A stretch of DNA of 64,000 nucleotides from Betaproteobacteria bacterium (GCA_028139135.1 JAOINB010000001.1:45171-109170), one strand, 5' to 3'; shown: positions 46,773 through 55,674, numbered from the stretch's first letter. The notes: generated from the sequence alone by a model not told the origin. Translations and numbers: made by a program.

Positions 46773-47570
46773 CTATTTAACCACACCACTTTGATGGCAA
46801 AGCCCGCCCGTTATTTCAATTGTCGTGCCATTAATTGCTTCATTTTCTATGATATGTTCTATTAACATTGCGATTTCACCGGGCTCAATGAGACGATTTA
46901 AGTGTACGTCCTTTATTAATTTTTCTAATATAGCTTGATTCATATTTTCCAACATTGGGGTCTTTGTATAACCAGGGGCTATCCCTACAACTCTAATATT
47001 CTTAATTTTTTTTAGCAAAAATTCTCCCACCAATATTTTTGGAAATAACGAAATAGCAACCTTTGAAGATGAGTAATTGAGCTGACCCAATTGTCCTGCT
47101 TTATTTACAGATGAAATTGGAACAATCAGCGAAGGCCAACCTCCATTTGCCATCGCTTCCGCACAATCACGAATGGTTAAAAATGATCCTGTTAGATTAA
47201 CATTAAGCACACTGTTCCAATCCTCTAAAGACAACTTCTTGTTAACTCGTTTGGTTTCTTTGTCCATACTGATAGCCAAACCATCCCGAATTAGTCCCGC
47301 ACAAGGTATTGCGATGTTAATCTTGCTAAACTTACGAAGTGCTGCCTTAACCATTTCCAGAGACTCTTTTTCGTCAGCAACATCGCCGCAAAAAGTTTCA
47401 AAGTCGGTTATTTCTTTTTCTTGTAAAATCTCAGCAGTTTTGAGGACGGCTTCCGGGTCACGATCTGCTAAAAAAAGCATGGCCCCTTTTTGCCCGAAAT
47501 GGTCGGCAAGGCTTGCTCCAATTCCGCTTCCTGCTCCTGTAATTAATACGACAGATTCTTTAAGATTCAT
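46773..47570 (-). CDS. Short-chain dehydrogenase/reductase
   Basis: TGAGSGIG cofactor motif, YSSSK catalytic motif. Confidence 0.85.
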   Translation of the reverse strand: MNLKESVVLITGAGSGIGASLADHFGQKGAMLFLADRDPEAVLKTAEILQEKEITDFETFCGDVADEKESLEMVKAALRKFSKINIAIPCAGLIRDGLAISMDKETKRVNKKLSLEDWNSVLNVNLTGSFLTIRDCAEAMANGGWPSLIVPISSVNKAGQLGQLNYSSSKVAISLFPKILVGEFLLKKIKNIRVVGIAPGYTKTPMLENMNQAILEKLIKDVHLNRLIEPGEIAMLIEHIIENEAINGTTIEITGGLCHQSGVVK

Positions 47571-47742
47571 AAAATACCTTTGCTTATAGGGATTACCCTA
47601 TTATATTGCATTGCACAAATTATTACAGCAAAAATTTTAAATTCACCATTTTGAGAGGGGAAAATGGGCTACTCTCTATTTTCCGACTATAATTTAGGTG
47701 TCAGGCAGTTGATATGAATTATCTGCGAGTCGAATATTTATA

Positions 47743-48225
47743 ATGCCTTCGAAAGTTATTGCAAATTTTACGAATCTTATCGCTACGGGTATTTCCCTTT
47801 GGATTACTAGCGCTCTTTTTGACGGATTCTCTTTTAACACTACTGAGGCTCTATTGATTACAACAGTATTGCTCACGTTAATAAATATATTTGTAAAACC
47901 AATTATTCTATTACTGACGCTTCCACTAGCAGTTGTTTCTTTAGGCTTAATTATCCCTATAATAAATGGGGCCGTCTTGCTGGGATTAGCGGAAGTTATC
48001 CCAAACTTCGGGATAACATCATTTTTCCAGGCCATATTCGCAGCATTGTTGGTATCAATAATATCGACACTCATATACGTCGCTCTTGGAAGACATAAAA
48101 CCTTTGTTTCTGTGAAAAATTCAACGGACTTTTCCTCAGATTCGCAACGATTTTCAACTCAAAACGAGGGTTTTTCGGGAAAAAATAAGACAACAATAGA
48201 CGTAGATGTCCGTGAAAAAAAATAA
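47743..48225 (+). CDS. DUF360 / holin-family-4-like small membrane protein
   Basis: Four TMs with the DUF360-like pattern (FVKPIILLLTLPLAVVSLGL). Confidence 0.6.
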   Translation: MPSKVIANFTNLIATGISLWITSALFDGFSFNTTEALLITTVLLTLINIFVKPIILLLTLPLAVVSLGLIIPIINGAVLLGLAEVIPNFGITSFFQAIFAALLVSIISTLIYVALGRHKTFVSVKNSTDFSSDSQRFSTQNEGFSGKNKTTIDVDVREKK

Positions 48226-49227
48226 TTAGACCTGAATATAAGATAAAACCTTACGAAGCTCCTCCTGTTCCTTCCCTAATGTAGATTCAGCTACTGGACA
48301 ACTCGCGAGTTGCTTTTCCATCTGCTTCCGACATAATTCATCAAAAAAAAAGGCATGTAACTTTTCTGAAACGTCTATAGCTGAACCAACACTATGTAAA
48401 CCCACATATGCAGACCCTAATAACGCAGTGTGACATGAAATATCACTTGCAATGATTGGAAGTCCCGCATTTTGAGCCTCTTGAATCACAAGAGATCCTC
48501 CTTCAATAAAAGATGAGTGTAGTAACAAATCATAATTAGCTAAAACCGTTTGCAATTTCTCTTTTTCAATGGGACCTAAGAAAGAAATACTTTTAACACC
48601 TTCAAAAAGATTTGTTATTTTTTTAAAATAGGCCTGGTCCAAAATGCCTCCAATATGATCGAGAGTAAATTTGGTCCTCGCACCAATATTTTTCTGAAAT
48701 TCTAGGAATCCAGAAATTGCAACTATGATTCCTTTTTCTTTTCGTAAATTACTCAATAATAAAATTTTATACTGGTTCTTTTTTTTGAAAAAAAAACTCC
48801 TCTTTTTAAAATCTATAACCGACTGTAAAACTACGAAAATCCGGTTTCTTGGGAGAGAAACGACCTTCAATAAATCCGACACAGCATTTTTATGTAAAAC
48901 TACGATTGCTGATGCTAATTCAATAGATCTCAGGCAATGTTCTTTTTTGGAGTTTTTCGTTGAAATAATATCTCTATATAGATCAGTTCCTGTAAGGACC
49001 AAAATAACAGGAATATTCTTCGCGGCTAACTCTTTTACTACATGAAATCCTTTTTCAGCGTGAAGCACAAAAGCACACCTAACTCCCTCAGCATTAACTT
49101 TTTCTTCAAAGCCGTTACAAGTGGAAACCCTATACCCAAGATTTTGCAAGTGGTAAGCATATCTTTTCGCCGTAACGTAATTCCCTGTAACGACGTTATC
49201 TCTAGTGGGTGAGTAAATTTTAATCAA
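48226..49227 (-). CDS. senB: Glycosyltransferase, candidate selenosugar synthase SenB
   Basis: GT-B-like 333-aa protein (C-terminal EGGSLVIQEAQNAGLPIIASD). The TTG start lies 5 nt after the selD stop. The SenB call rests on context. Confidence 0.7.
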   Translation of the reverse strand: MIKIYSPTRDNVVTGNYVTAKRYAYHLQNLGYRVSTCNGFEEKVNAEGVRCAFVLHAEKGFHVVKELAAKNIPVILVLTGTDLYRDIISTKNSKKEHCLRSIELASAIVVLHKNAVSDLLKVVSLPRNRIFVVLQSVIDFKKRSFFFKKKNQYKILLLSNLRKEKGIIVAISGFLEFQKNIGARTKFTLDHIGGILDQAYFKKITNLFEGVKSISFLGPIEKEKLQTVLANYDLLLHSSFIEGGSLVIQEAQNAGLPIIASDISCHTALLGSAYVGLHSVGSAIDVSEKLHAFFFDELCRKQMEKQLASCPVAESTLGKEQEELRKVLSYIQV

Positions 49228-49232
49228 AGTAG

Positions 49233-50285
49233 CTAACTATGAGTAAAAATATTGTACTCGGTCTTTTTTACGACATCACCAATGATCGAAGCATCATAGC
49301 CTTCTTTAACAAAAAGATTTAACACAGACTCAGCGTCGTAGTTTTTCACAGCTACTAAAAGCCCTCCACTCGTCTGAGGGTCTGCTAGTACAACTTTATC
49401 CATATCTGAAATAGTTTTGCTAAACTGAATATCGTCTTTGATTGCATCCAGATTTCTTTGAGAGGCTCCCGTCTTATAACCCTGATTTATCAGCTCTTCT
49501 ACACCATCATGCCTTAAGATTTTTTTTTGATAAATAATCGACGATGTGTTGGAACCTATATTCATCTCATTTAAATGACCTAACAGGCCAAATCCAGTAA
49601 CATCAGTCATTGCTGTTACAGAGTCAAGCTCGCCTAATTGCATCCCAATTTTATTCAGTTGAGTTGTACTTTTAATAAAAGAATCATAGTATTGCTTGCT
49701 AAGCGAACCCTCCTTAATTGCTGCTGAGTAAACCCCTACCCCGATTTTTTTTCCTAAAATTAATCTATCTCCGACGCAGGCAGTAGAATTTTTTCGCAAA
49801 TTTTTTATATCAACTAAACCAGTAACAACAAGACCGTAAATTGGCTCCATGCTGTCAATTGTATGACCACCTGCAACAACTATTCCTGCTTCCTCACAAA
49901 TGTCACTTCCTCCTTTAAGAATTTTGGAGATCGTATTAGATGACAATGTATTTACAGGCATCCCTACAATCGCTAAGGCAAATAGTGGTTTTCCTCCCAT
50001 AGCAAAAACATCAGACAGTGCATTTGTAGCAGCAATAGCCCCAAAGTGAACTGGGTCGTCAACAATAGGCATAAAAAAATCAGTAGTAGAGACAATAGCC
50101 TGTGACTGATTAATCTGATACACAGCTGCATCATCGGATGTTCCTAGGCCAACTAATAACTCTTCGGGCGATGCAGCACCCCTAACTTTTCCGAGAATAT
50201 CTGATAAAATTCCAGGTGATACTTTGCAACCACAACCTCCCCCATGGGCAAGAGACGTTAATTTTGGCTCGTTTTTTATTTTCAT
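49233..50285 (-). CDS. selD: Selenide,water dikinase (selenophosphate synthetase), SenC role
   Basis: LAHGGGCGCKVSPGIL N-terminal motif (Cys form), AIR-synthase-like fold, 350 aa. Confidence 0.9.
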   Translation of the reverse strand: MKIKNEPKLTSLAHGGGCGCKVSPGILSDILGKVRGAASPEELLVGLGTSDDAAVYQINQSQAIVSTTDFFMPIVDDPVHFGAIAATNALSDVFAMGGKPLFALAIVGMPVNTLSSNTISKILKGGSDICEEAGIVVAGGHTIDSMEPIYGLVVTGLVDIKNLRKNSTACVGDRLILGKKIGVGVYSAAIKEGSLSKQYYDSFIKSTTQLNKIGMQLGELDSVTAMTDVTGFGLLGHLNEMNIGSNTSSIIYQKKILRHDGVEELINQGYKTGASQRNLDAIKDDIQFSKTISDMDKVVLADPQTSGGLLVAVKNYDAESVLNLFVKEGYDASIIGDVVKKTEYNIFTHS

Positions 50286-50290
50286 AGACT

Positions 50291-51550
50291 ATGAGTATAT
50301 CAAACAAAAACTTTAGGGATTTAGAACCATCCGAATTTATTGAGTGTTTTCAAAAAACCAGGCGAGAGACAGTAAAAATACTAAAAATATTTAGTGATAA
50401 CTTGGGCTCAGAATTGAGAATTCCCAACCTAATGGAAGCTAATTTACCAGTCTGGGAATTTTGTCATGTAGGTTGGTTTTATGAACGCTGGATCGTCAGA
50501 AATACACGATGTTCTTTTGACAAAAGGTATGATCTTTCTGTTGATTGGGACAATTTTTGTAGTAGTAGAACTCATTTTGAGGATGCAGATTCTATTTTCG
50601 ATTCTAGCAAAATAGAGCATGACGCGAGGTGGGATTGCAGCCTTCCCACATTCTACGAGACGCTAGATTACTTGCAAAAAATAAGGGATGCCGTAATAGA
50701 AAAATTCGAGACAAATTTGCCTCAAGGTAATGAAACTTTCTATTTTTACAAATTAAGCCTTGCGCACGAAATGATGCATCTCGAAGCATTTAAAATGACA
50801 GCTCAAATACTTAATTTTGAAATTCCAGAATTAAAAAGTAAATATTTAAATCTTGATTGTAGTTCTGAAAGCCCTTTTTTATCTTTCAATGAACAAACTA
50901 TTTCTCCATATCATGAAAATTATGCATTTCACTTTGACAATGAAATTTTCAATGGAGAAACTACTGTCAAGCCGTTTAAAATTCAATCATCTTGTGTAAG
51001 CTTAAAAAGTTTTTTAGAATTCCTACTTTCCGACGATTTTTTGAATGCTAGCTTTTGGTCCAAGGAGGGAAAAATATGGCTCTCTACAAGCTTTTATAAT
51101 AAATCTTTTTATAAGAATATAAAAAAAGAATTTAAAAAAATTACAGATATCGACTCTGAATTCGTAAAAATTAAATGGTTTGGAAAAAATGAGAATTTAC
51201 ATTTAAATCTACCAGCCTTACATGTTTCTTTCTTTGAGGCTGAAGCATACGCTAACTGGAGAGGCATGCGTCTTCCAACCGAGTTGGAATGGCTTCTTGC
51301 GTCACAAAGTACAAACTTTCATTGGGGAGATGTTTGGGAGTGGACATCGAATACGTTTTCTGAGTTTCCAGACTTTGTTACACACCCGTATAGGGACTAT
51401 TCGAAACCATGGTTTGACGGACAACATAAAACTGTAAAAGGAGCAAGTTTTGCAACTTGCGAAGATTTCCGTAACCTACATTTTCGGAATTTTTATAAGC
51501 CGACCAGAACAGATATTTTCTCAGGTTTCAGGACTGCCTGTTTCGTTTAG
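50291..51550 (+). CDS. senA: EgtB-like non-heme-iron sulfoxide/selenoxide synthase, candidate selenoneine synthase SenA
   Basis: DinB-like N-domain with HVGWFYERW and HX3HXE (LAHEMMHLE). C-terminal FGE-sulfatase-like domain (ANWRGMRLPTELEW, WEWTSN, GFRTA). No OvoA-type methyltransferase domain. Confidence 0.75.
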   Translation: MSISNKNFRDLEPSEFIECFQKTRRETVKILKIFSDNLGSELRIPNLMEANLPVWEFCHVGWFYERWIVRNTRCSFDKRYDLSVDWDNFCSSRTHFEDADSIFDSSKIEHDARWDCSLPTFYETLDYLQKIRDAVIEKFETNLPQGNETFYFYKLSLAHEMMHLEAFKMTAQILNFEIPELKSKYLNLDCSSESPFLSFNEQTISPYHENYAFHFDNEIFNGETTVKPFKIQSSCVSLKSFLEFLLSDDFLNASFWSKEGKIWLSTSFYNKSFYKNIKKEFKKITDIDSEFVKIKWFGKNENLHLNLPALHVSFFEAEAYANWRGMRLPTELEWLLASQSTNFHWGDVWEWTSNTFSEFPDFVTHPYRDYSKPWFDGQHKTVKGASFATCEDFRNLHFRNFYKPTRTDIFSGFRTACFV

Positions 51551-52463
51551 CAACGAAAATACCGTACCTATTGCTAGGATGTAAAAAGTCATAGATATCA
51601 ACGTAACCAGAACCCAGCAATAAATTTTTAAAAGATTCCTGTGAATATTTGTGTGAATTTTCAGTATGGATTGATTCCCCTTTGGAAAATACTCGCTTCC
51701 CGAAAGGAGAATTCACGGGTTGCGTGCTTTTTGCTACCAAGTGCATCTCAATACGAGACTTAGAAGAATTATAAATTGCTTTGTGACTCCAATTTCCAAC
51801 TTCAAAATCTGTACCTAATAGCGCATTTGCATTCAATAATGCGTTCTTGTTGAATGCAGCTGTAACACCAAGTGAATCATCATAGGCACTAATCATTTCT
51901 TGTTCTGGCTTTATCAAGTCAACACCGATAATAATAGAGTCATGATCAATACTCATTAGAAAGTTCTTTGCATCCGCTGGGGAGTAATTTCCAATAGTTG
52001 ATCCAGGGAAAAAAAGTACTTTGTCAAGGTTGTAAATTGTATCCCCAACTATTCGAGCCATCTCACTCAAGAAAAGTCCGGATGTAAAATCTTTTTCAAG
52101 CGCGTAGATCTTTTGATTTCTTAACGAGTTCTTTAGTCTTGTTACGGAGTTCTTGAAAAATTTAGATGGCAAATCAACCGCCAAAAATACCTCTGGACAC
52201 ACCTCAGGCAGTACCTTTTCTGCCTTTGAACAATTCCCAGCTCCCAAATCAATCAAACAAATATCAGAAGGGAGAATCTTTTTTATTTCTCGGATTCTAT
52301 TCTGAAAAATTGAGAGCTCATCCTTTGTGGGGGTATATTCTTCCAGCCTTGTTATAGCTTCGAAAAGAAGACCTCCGAGACTATTATAAAAAAAACGCGG
52401 AGGCAAAAACGCTTGTGAATTTACGAACAATCCTTCTAGGGCTTTTTTGTCATCTTCTGTCAT
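51528..52463 (-). CDS. egtD: L-histidine N-alpha-methyltransferase (hercynine synthase)
   Basis: FFYNSLGGLLFEAITRLEEYTPTKDE...LIDLGAGNCSKAEK is the EgtD pattern. GGAGGA SD. The ATG directly follows the phnE stop. Confidence 0.85.
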   Translation of the reverse strand: MTEDDKKALEGLFVNSQAFLPPRFFYNSLGGLLFEAITRLEEYTPTKDELSIFQNRIREIKKILPSDICLIDLGAGNCSKAEKVLPEVCPEVFLAVDLPSKFFKNSVTRLKNSLRNQKIYALEKDFTSGLFLSEMARIVGDTIYNLDKVLFFPGSTIGNYSPADAKNFLMSIDHDSIIIGVDLIKPEQEMISAYDDSLGVTAAFNKNALLNANALLGTDFEVGNWSHKAIYNSSKSRIEMHLVAKSTQPVNSPFGKRVFSKGESIHTENSHKYSQESFKNLLLGSGYVDIYDFLHPSNRYGIFVAKRNRQS

Positions 52464-53228
52464 TTAATAAATCCTCCGTCTAATTGAGTAACTAAGTCCG
52501 TCAACGAACAGTATCAACAAAAGCATCGCTAAAATTACTGTACAAGCCTTATCCATTAAAAAGAGTCCTAGATGGAAACTTAATAATTGACCTAAACCAC
52601 CTGCTCCAACTAAACCTAAAACAGATGCAACCCTGATATTATTTTCCCAACGATAGAGAATATAGCTTAAGAACTGAACAGTTAATTGAGACATTTTATT
52701 GTGTAAGAAAATATTGAAATTACTTACACCATTAATCCTGAGCACTCTGGGCGCTTCGGGCGGAACATTTTCCAGAGCATCAGAAAATAGTCGCCCTAAA
52801 ACACCGGTAGTGTGAAAAATAATTGCTAAGCAACCGGCAAATGGACCCAATCCAGCACTTATTATTAACAATGCAGCCCAAACTAATTCCGGTATGGAAC
52901 GAAGTACATTCAGAAGAAACTTACAAAAATCCGAGGAAATCTTTCCCACAAGCGTATCAGTGTATTCACTGCTGAAGTAAGCTAAAATTAATCCGAAAAT
53001 CGCCGATAAGAAAGTGCCCATGATGGAAATTGCCAATGTTTCCCAAAGGGCGATTAAAATAGCTTTTAAAAAATCTCTTTCTGTATGTGGCGGGAAAAAT
53101 TCCGCTAAAAACTTAAAAATATTTTCTAGGTTATCAAATGCAACGAGCTCACCTAATCTTAAATCTACTTGCGTAAAACTGAAAATTAAAAGGAGAAAAA
53201 CTATTGACACTGTTACAAGTTTGTTCAC
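52464..53228 (-). CDS. phnE: Phosphonate-type ABC transporter permease (PhnE-like, copy 2)
   Basis: 6 TMs, PhnE-like core (LRSIPELVWA). Confidence 0.85.
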   Translation of the reverse strand: MNKLVTVSIVFLLLIFSFTQVDLRLGELVAFDNLENIFKFLAEFFPPHTERDFLKAILIALWETLAISIMGTFLSAIFGLILAYFSSEYTDTLVGKISSDFCKFLLNVLRSIPELVWAALLIISAGLGPFAGCLAIIFHTTGVLGRLFSDALENVPPEAPRVLRINGVSNFNIFLHNKMSQLTVQFLSYILYRWENNIRVASVLGLVGAGGLGQLLSFHLGLFLMDKACTVILAMLLLILFVDGLSYSIRRRIY

Positions 53229-54046
53229 GTTAAACTCTTTCTAATGCTTTTACTGAAGTAATCAGATAACCAAACTAACACAATAAAGGCAAATAAAATC
53301 GTAAGAACCTCATCACCAGCAAACATTTTTAAGGAGCTTTCTAACTGAAAACCTAGTCCTCCGGCTCCGACAAAACCCATGATTACGGTTGATCGAAGAG
53401 CACATTCCCATCTATAAACTGTATACGATAAAAGTTCTAATAAATTTTGAGGAATAAGGAAGTACATAAGTACTTGTAGTCTGCTGCAGCCTATTTGCAT
53501 AGCGTATTTTCCTGGAAGATTATCTCCACTTTCTAATATTTCTGCATAAACTTTTCCAAGCATTCCCCCATAGGTAAGGGCAATAGCTAGTATTCCTGCT
53601 GTAGGTCCAAGTCCTACAACCCTAACGAAAATTAATGCCCAAACAATTTCAGGAATACTACGTAACAAAATCAACAAAGCCCTAATTAAATATCGCAATA
53701 AATACGGAAGAACAGGCTTTCTATTTTCAAATTCGGAAACAGATAATGCAGTTGTAATTAATAATGCAGATGGTATCCCAATAAAAAGAGCGAAAAATAA
53801 ACCGACTGTAGCAATTGCTACTGTCTGAAGAGAACTTTCAAACACTTCTAACAAAAAAGTATCAGTTAAATTTGGCGGGTAAAAAGTTGACAAGAAATCA
53901 ATGGTAATCTTTAAATTTTTCTCGCCAAATAAAACCCAAGGGTAAAATTCAACAGTTTTAATTAAAGGGAAAAATAGAACTATGAAAATCACAACGAAGG
54001 TAAAATTTCTTCGAGCAATTGTATCCTTGTATTCAGAAGCTAACAC
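53225..54046 (-). CDS. phnE: Phosphonate-type ABC transporter permease (PhnE-like, copy 1)
   Basis: 6 TMs, LRSIPEIVWALIF motif shared with copy 2. Confidence 0.85.
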   Translation of the reverse strand: MLASEYKDTIARRNFTFVVIFIVLFFPLIKTVEFYPWVLFGEKNLKITIDFLSTFYPPNLTDTFLLEVFESSLQTVAIATVGLFFALFIGIPSALLITTALSVSEFENRKPVLPYLLRYLIRALLILLRSIPEIVWALIFVRVVGLGPTAGILAIALTYGGMLGKVYAEILESGDNLPGKYAMQIGCSRLQVLMYFLIPQNLLELLSYTVYRWECALRSTVIMGFVGAGGLGFQLESSLKMFAGDEVLTILFAFIVLVWLSDYFSKSIRKSLT

Positions 54047-54804
54047 TTTACATGTCTTTCATAAGTGTCCTCTAATAGAGAAGATGTAACTTTTTCTACA
54101 GGAAGGTCGAATGCCAGATTCCCTTCCTTGATTCCGACTATCCTTGGAAAGTATCTCAGAGCAAATTCGACCTGATGCAAAGTGCAGACAAACGTAATCT
54201 TCTTTTGTTTTGCATGATCACGTAGTGTTTTAATAACAGTATCTGCAAGCTTTGGATCTAAGCCAGACAGTGGTTCATCGATTGTCCAAAAAGAGGCATC
54301 AGATATTAACGCCCTTGCTAATGACACCCTCTGTCTCTCACCTCCGGATAGTTGGTCTACCCTATTTGCAATTTTGTCACTTAGTTGAAACTCATGTAAG
54401 ACTTCTGTTACAGCATGAACATTCTTTGGATAAATTAAAGAGACCAAAGAAGTTAAAAGATTCGTCGTAGGCAAACAACCTGCCAAAACCGCGTTGTACA
54501 CACTCTGACGCAATGGAAACGAAGGTTCTTGCGGGACAAAACTCACCAATCTCCTAAGTTTGTGACGAACTACACTTGAAGATAACCAGGGATTTAGCTC
54601 ATTAAAAAAAACTTGTCCTGAAGATGGTTCTGAGGCAAATATCAATGCCTTAAGGAGGGACGTTTTTCCAGCCCCCGAGGAACCAACGATTGCAACCTGC
54701 TCTCCTTGAGAAAACCCTAAATCAATACCATTCAAGATGGTTTTAGTATTTCCTTTTGGAGTTACGACTCTTTGACAATAATTTTTTAATAATACGGAAC
54801 CCAA
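54040..54804 (-). CDS. phnC: Phosphonate-type ABC transporter ATP-binding protein
   Basis: Walker A GSSGAGKTS, signature LSGGERQRVSLA, Walker B WTIDEP. TTG start. Confidence 0.9.
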   Translation of the reverse strand: MGSVLLKNYCQRVVTPKGNTKTILNGIDLGFSQGEQVAIVGSSGAGKTSLLKALIFASEPSSGQVFFNELNPWLSSSVVRHKLRRLVSFVPQEPSFPLRQSVYNAVLAGCLPTTNLLTSLVSLIYPKNVHAVTEVLHEFQLSDKIANRVDQLSGGERQRVSLARALISDASFWTIDEPLSGLDPKLADTVIKTLRDHAKQKKITFVCTLHQVEFALRYFPRIVGIKEGNLAFDLPVEKVTSSLLEDTYERHVKC

Positions 54805-54813
54805 GAGAAACTG

Positions 54814-55674
54814 TTACTTTAAAAGTCCTGCGTTTCGTGCAGCCTTTTCAATATCTCCATAATTTTCTGCATTGGTTGCAATAAAACCGGATGCCCTTTG
54901 CAATTCCAGTATGCGTTTACCAGCTTCTGTATCGTTAGATAGTTTCAGGAATGCTTTGGTAATATTCTGTCTGACAGTTTCTGAAACTTCCTTATGAACT
55001 GTCCAATTATAGTCGTAATAAAACGGCGTTGTATAAAAGACTCTCGTACCCTCTGGTACTTTGTTTTCTTTGGATAACTTCTCCCATACTTTGATGTTGA
55101 GAGCACCCGCTTGCACCTTCCCGGAACCTACTGATGCAACTGTCGCATCGTGAGCACCGCTATAAGCCGTGCGCTTAAAATCTTCTTCAGGATTTATTCC
55201 AGCTTTAGCTAAAAATGTTCTAGGCATCAAGTGACCACTAGTTGAGCTCTGTGAACCGAAAGAGAAGGTTACTCCGTTCAAATCAGCCAATGTCTTAATC
55301 TTTGGATCCGTCGTAATGAATACTGATTGAAATTTTTCATCTTCGACCCGTTGAATGATCGGCATTACATTGTTGCCGGACCTGATCTTAGCCTGCACAA
55401 AAGTAAATCCTCCATACCAGGCCATATCTACTTTACGATTGACAAGGGCCTCTACAGCAGCCGCGTAATCTGTAACTGGGATAAATTCGATTGTTAGTCC
55501 AGTTTCCTTTTCTAAGTGGTCAATCAAGGGCTCAGCTTTACGAAGTAATTCCGTAGGAGCCTCATCCGGAATGGCAGTAATTTTAAAACTATCTTCAGAC
55601 TTTTGCTCATTACTGCAAGATACTAGTAAAAGAGAAAAAAGCGAAGCAATCCCTATTTTGACTAAACGATTCAT
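54814..55674 (-). CDS. phnD: PhnD-family (phosphate/phosphite/phosphonate-type) periplasmic binding lipoprotein
   Basis: Start chosen at MNRLVKIGIASLFSLLLVSC (lipobox) with GAGGG SD. FIPVTDYAAAVEALVNRKVDMAWYGG and STSGHLMPR motifs. Confidence 0.85.
   Translation of the reverse strand: MNRLVKIGIASLFSLLLVSCSNEQKSEDSFKITAIPDEAPTELLRKAEPLIDHLEKETGLTIEFIPVTDYAAAVEALVNRKVDMAWYGGFTFVQAKIRSGNNVMPIIQRVEDEKFQSVFITTDPKIKTLADLNGVTFSFGSQSSTSGHLMPRTFLAKAGINPEEDFKRTAYSGAHDATVASVGSGKVQAGALNIKVWEKLSKENKVPEGTRVFYTTPFYYDYNWTVHKEVSETVRQNITKAFLKLSNDTEAGKRILELQRASGFIATNAENYGDIEKAARNAGLLK

Noticed and set aside
47743-48225. 'Phage holin family 4' similarity as evidence of a prophage next to the sen locus
   Set aside because: No other phage-like genes (lysin, terminase, capsid, integrase) are present anywhere in the window. 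DUF360/holin-4-like proteins are common chromosomal membrane proteins.
50291-51550. Plain ergothioneine EgtB interpretation for the DinB/FGE protein
   Set aside because: It cannot be excluded from sequence alone. However, egtA/egtC/egtE are absent, and the gene is head-to-head with selD plus a coupled glycosyltransferase, which is the defining context of SenA. Retained as SenA at 0.75 confidence.
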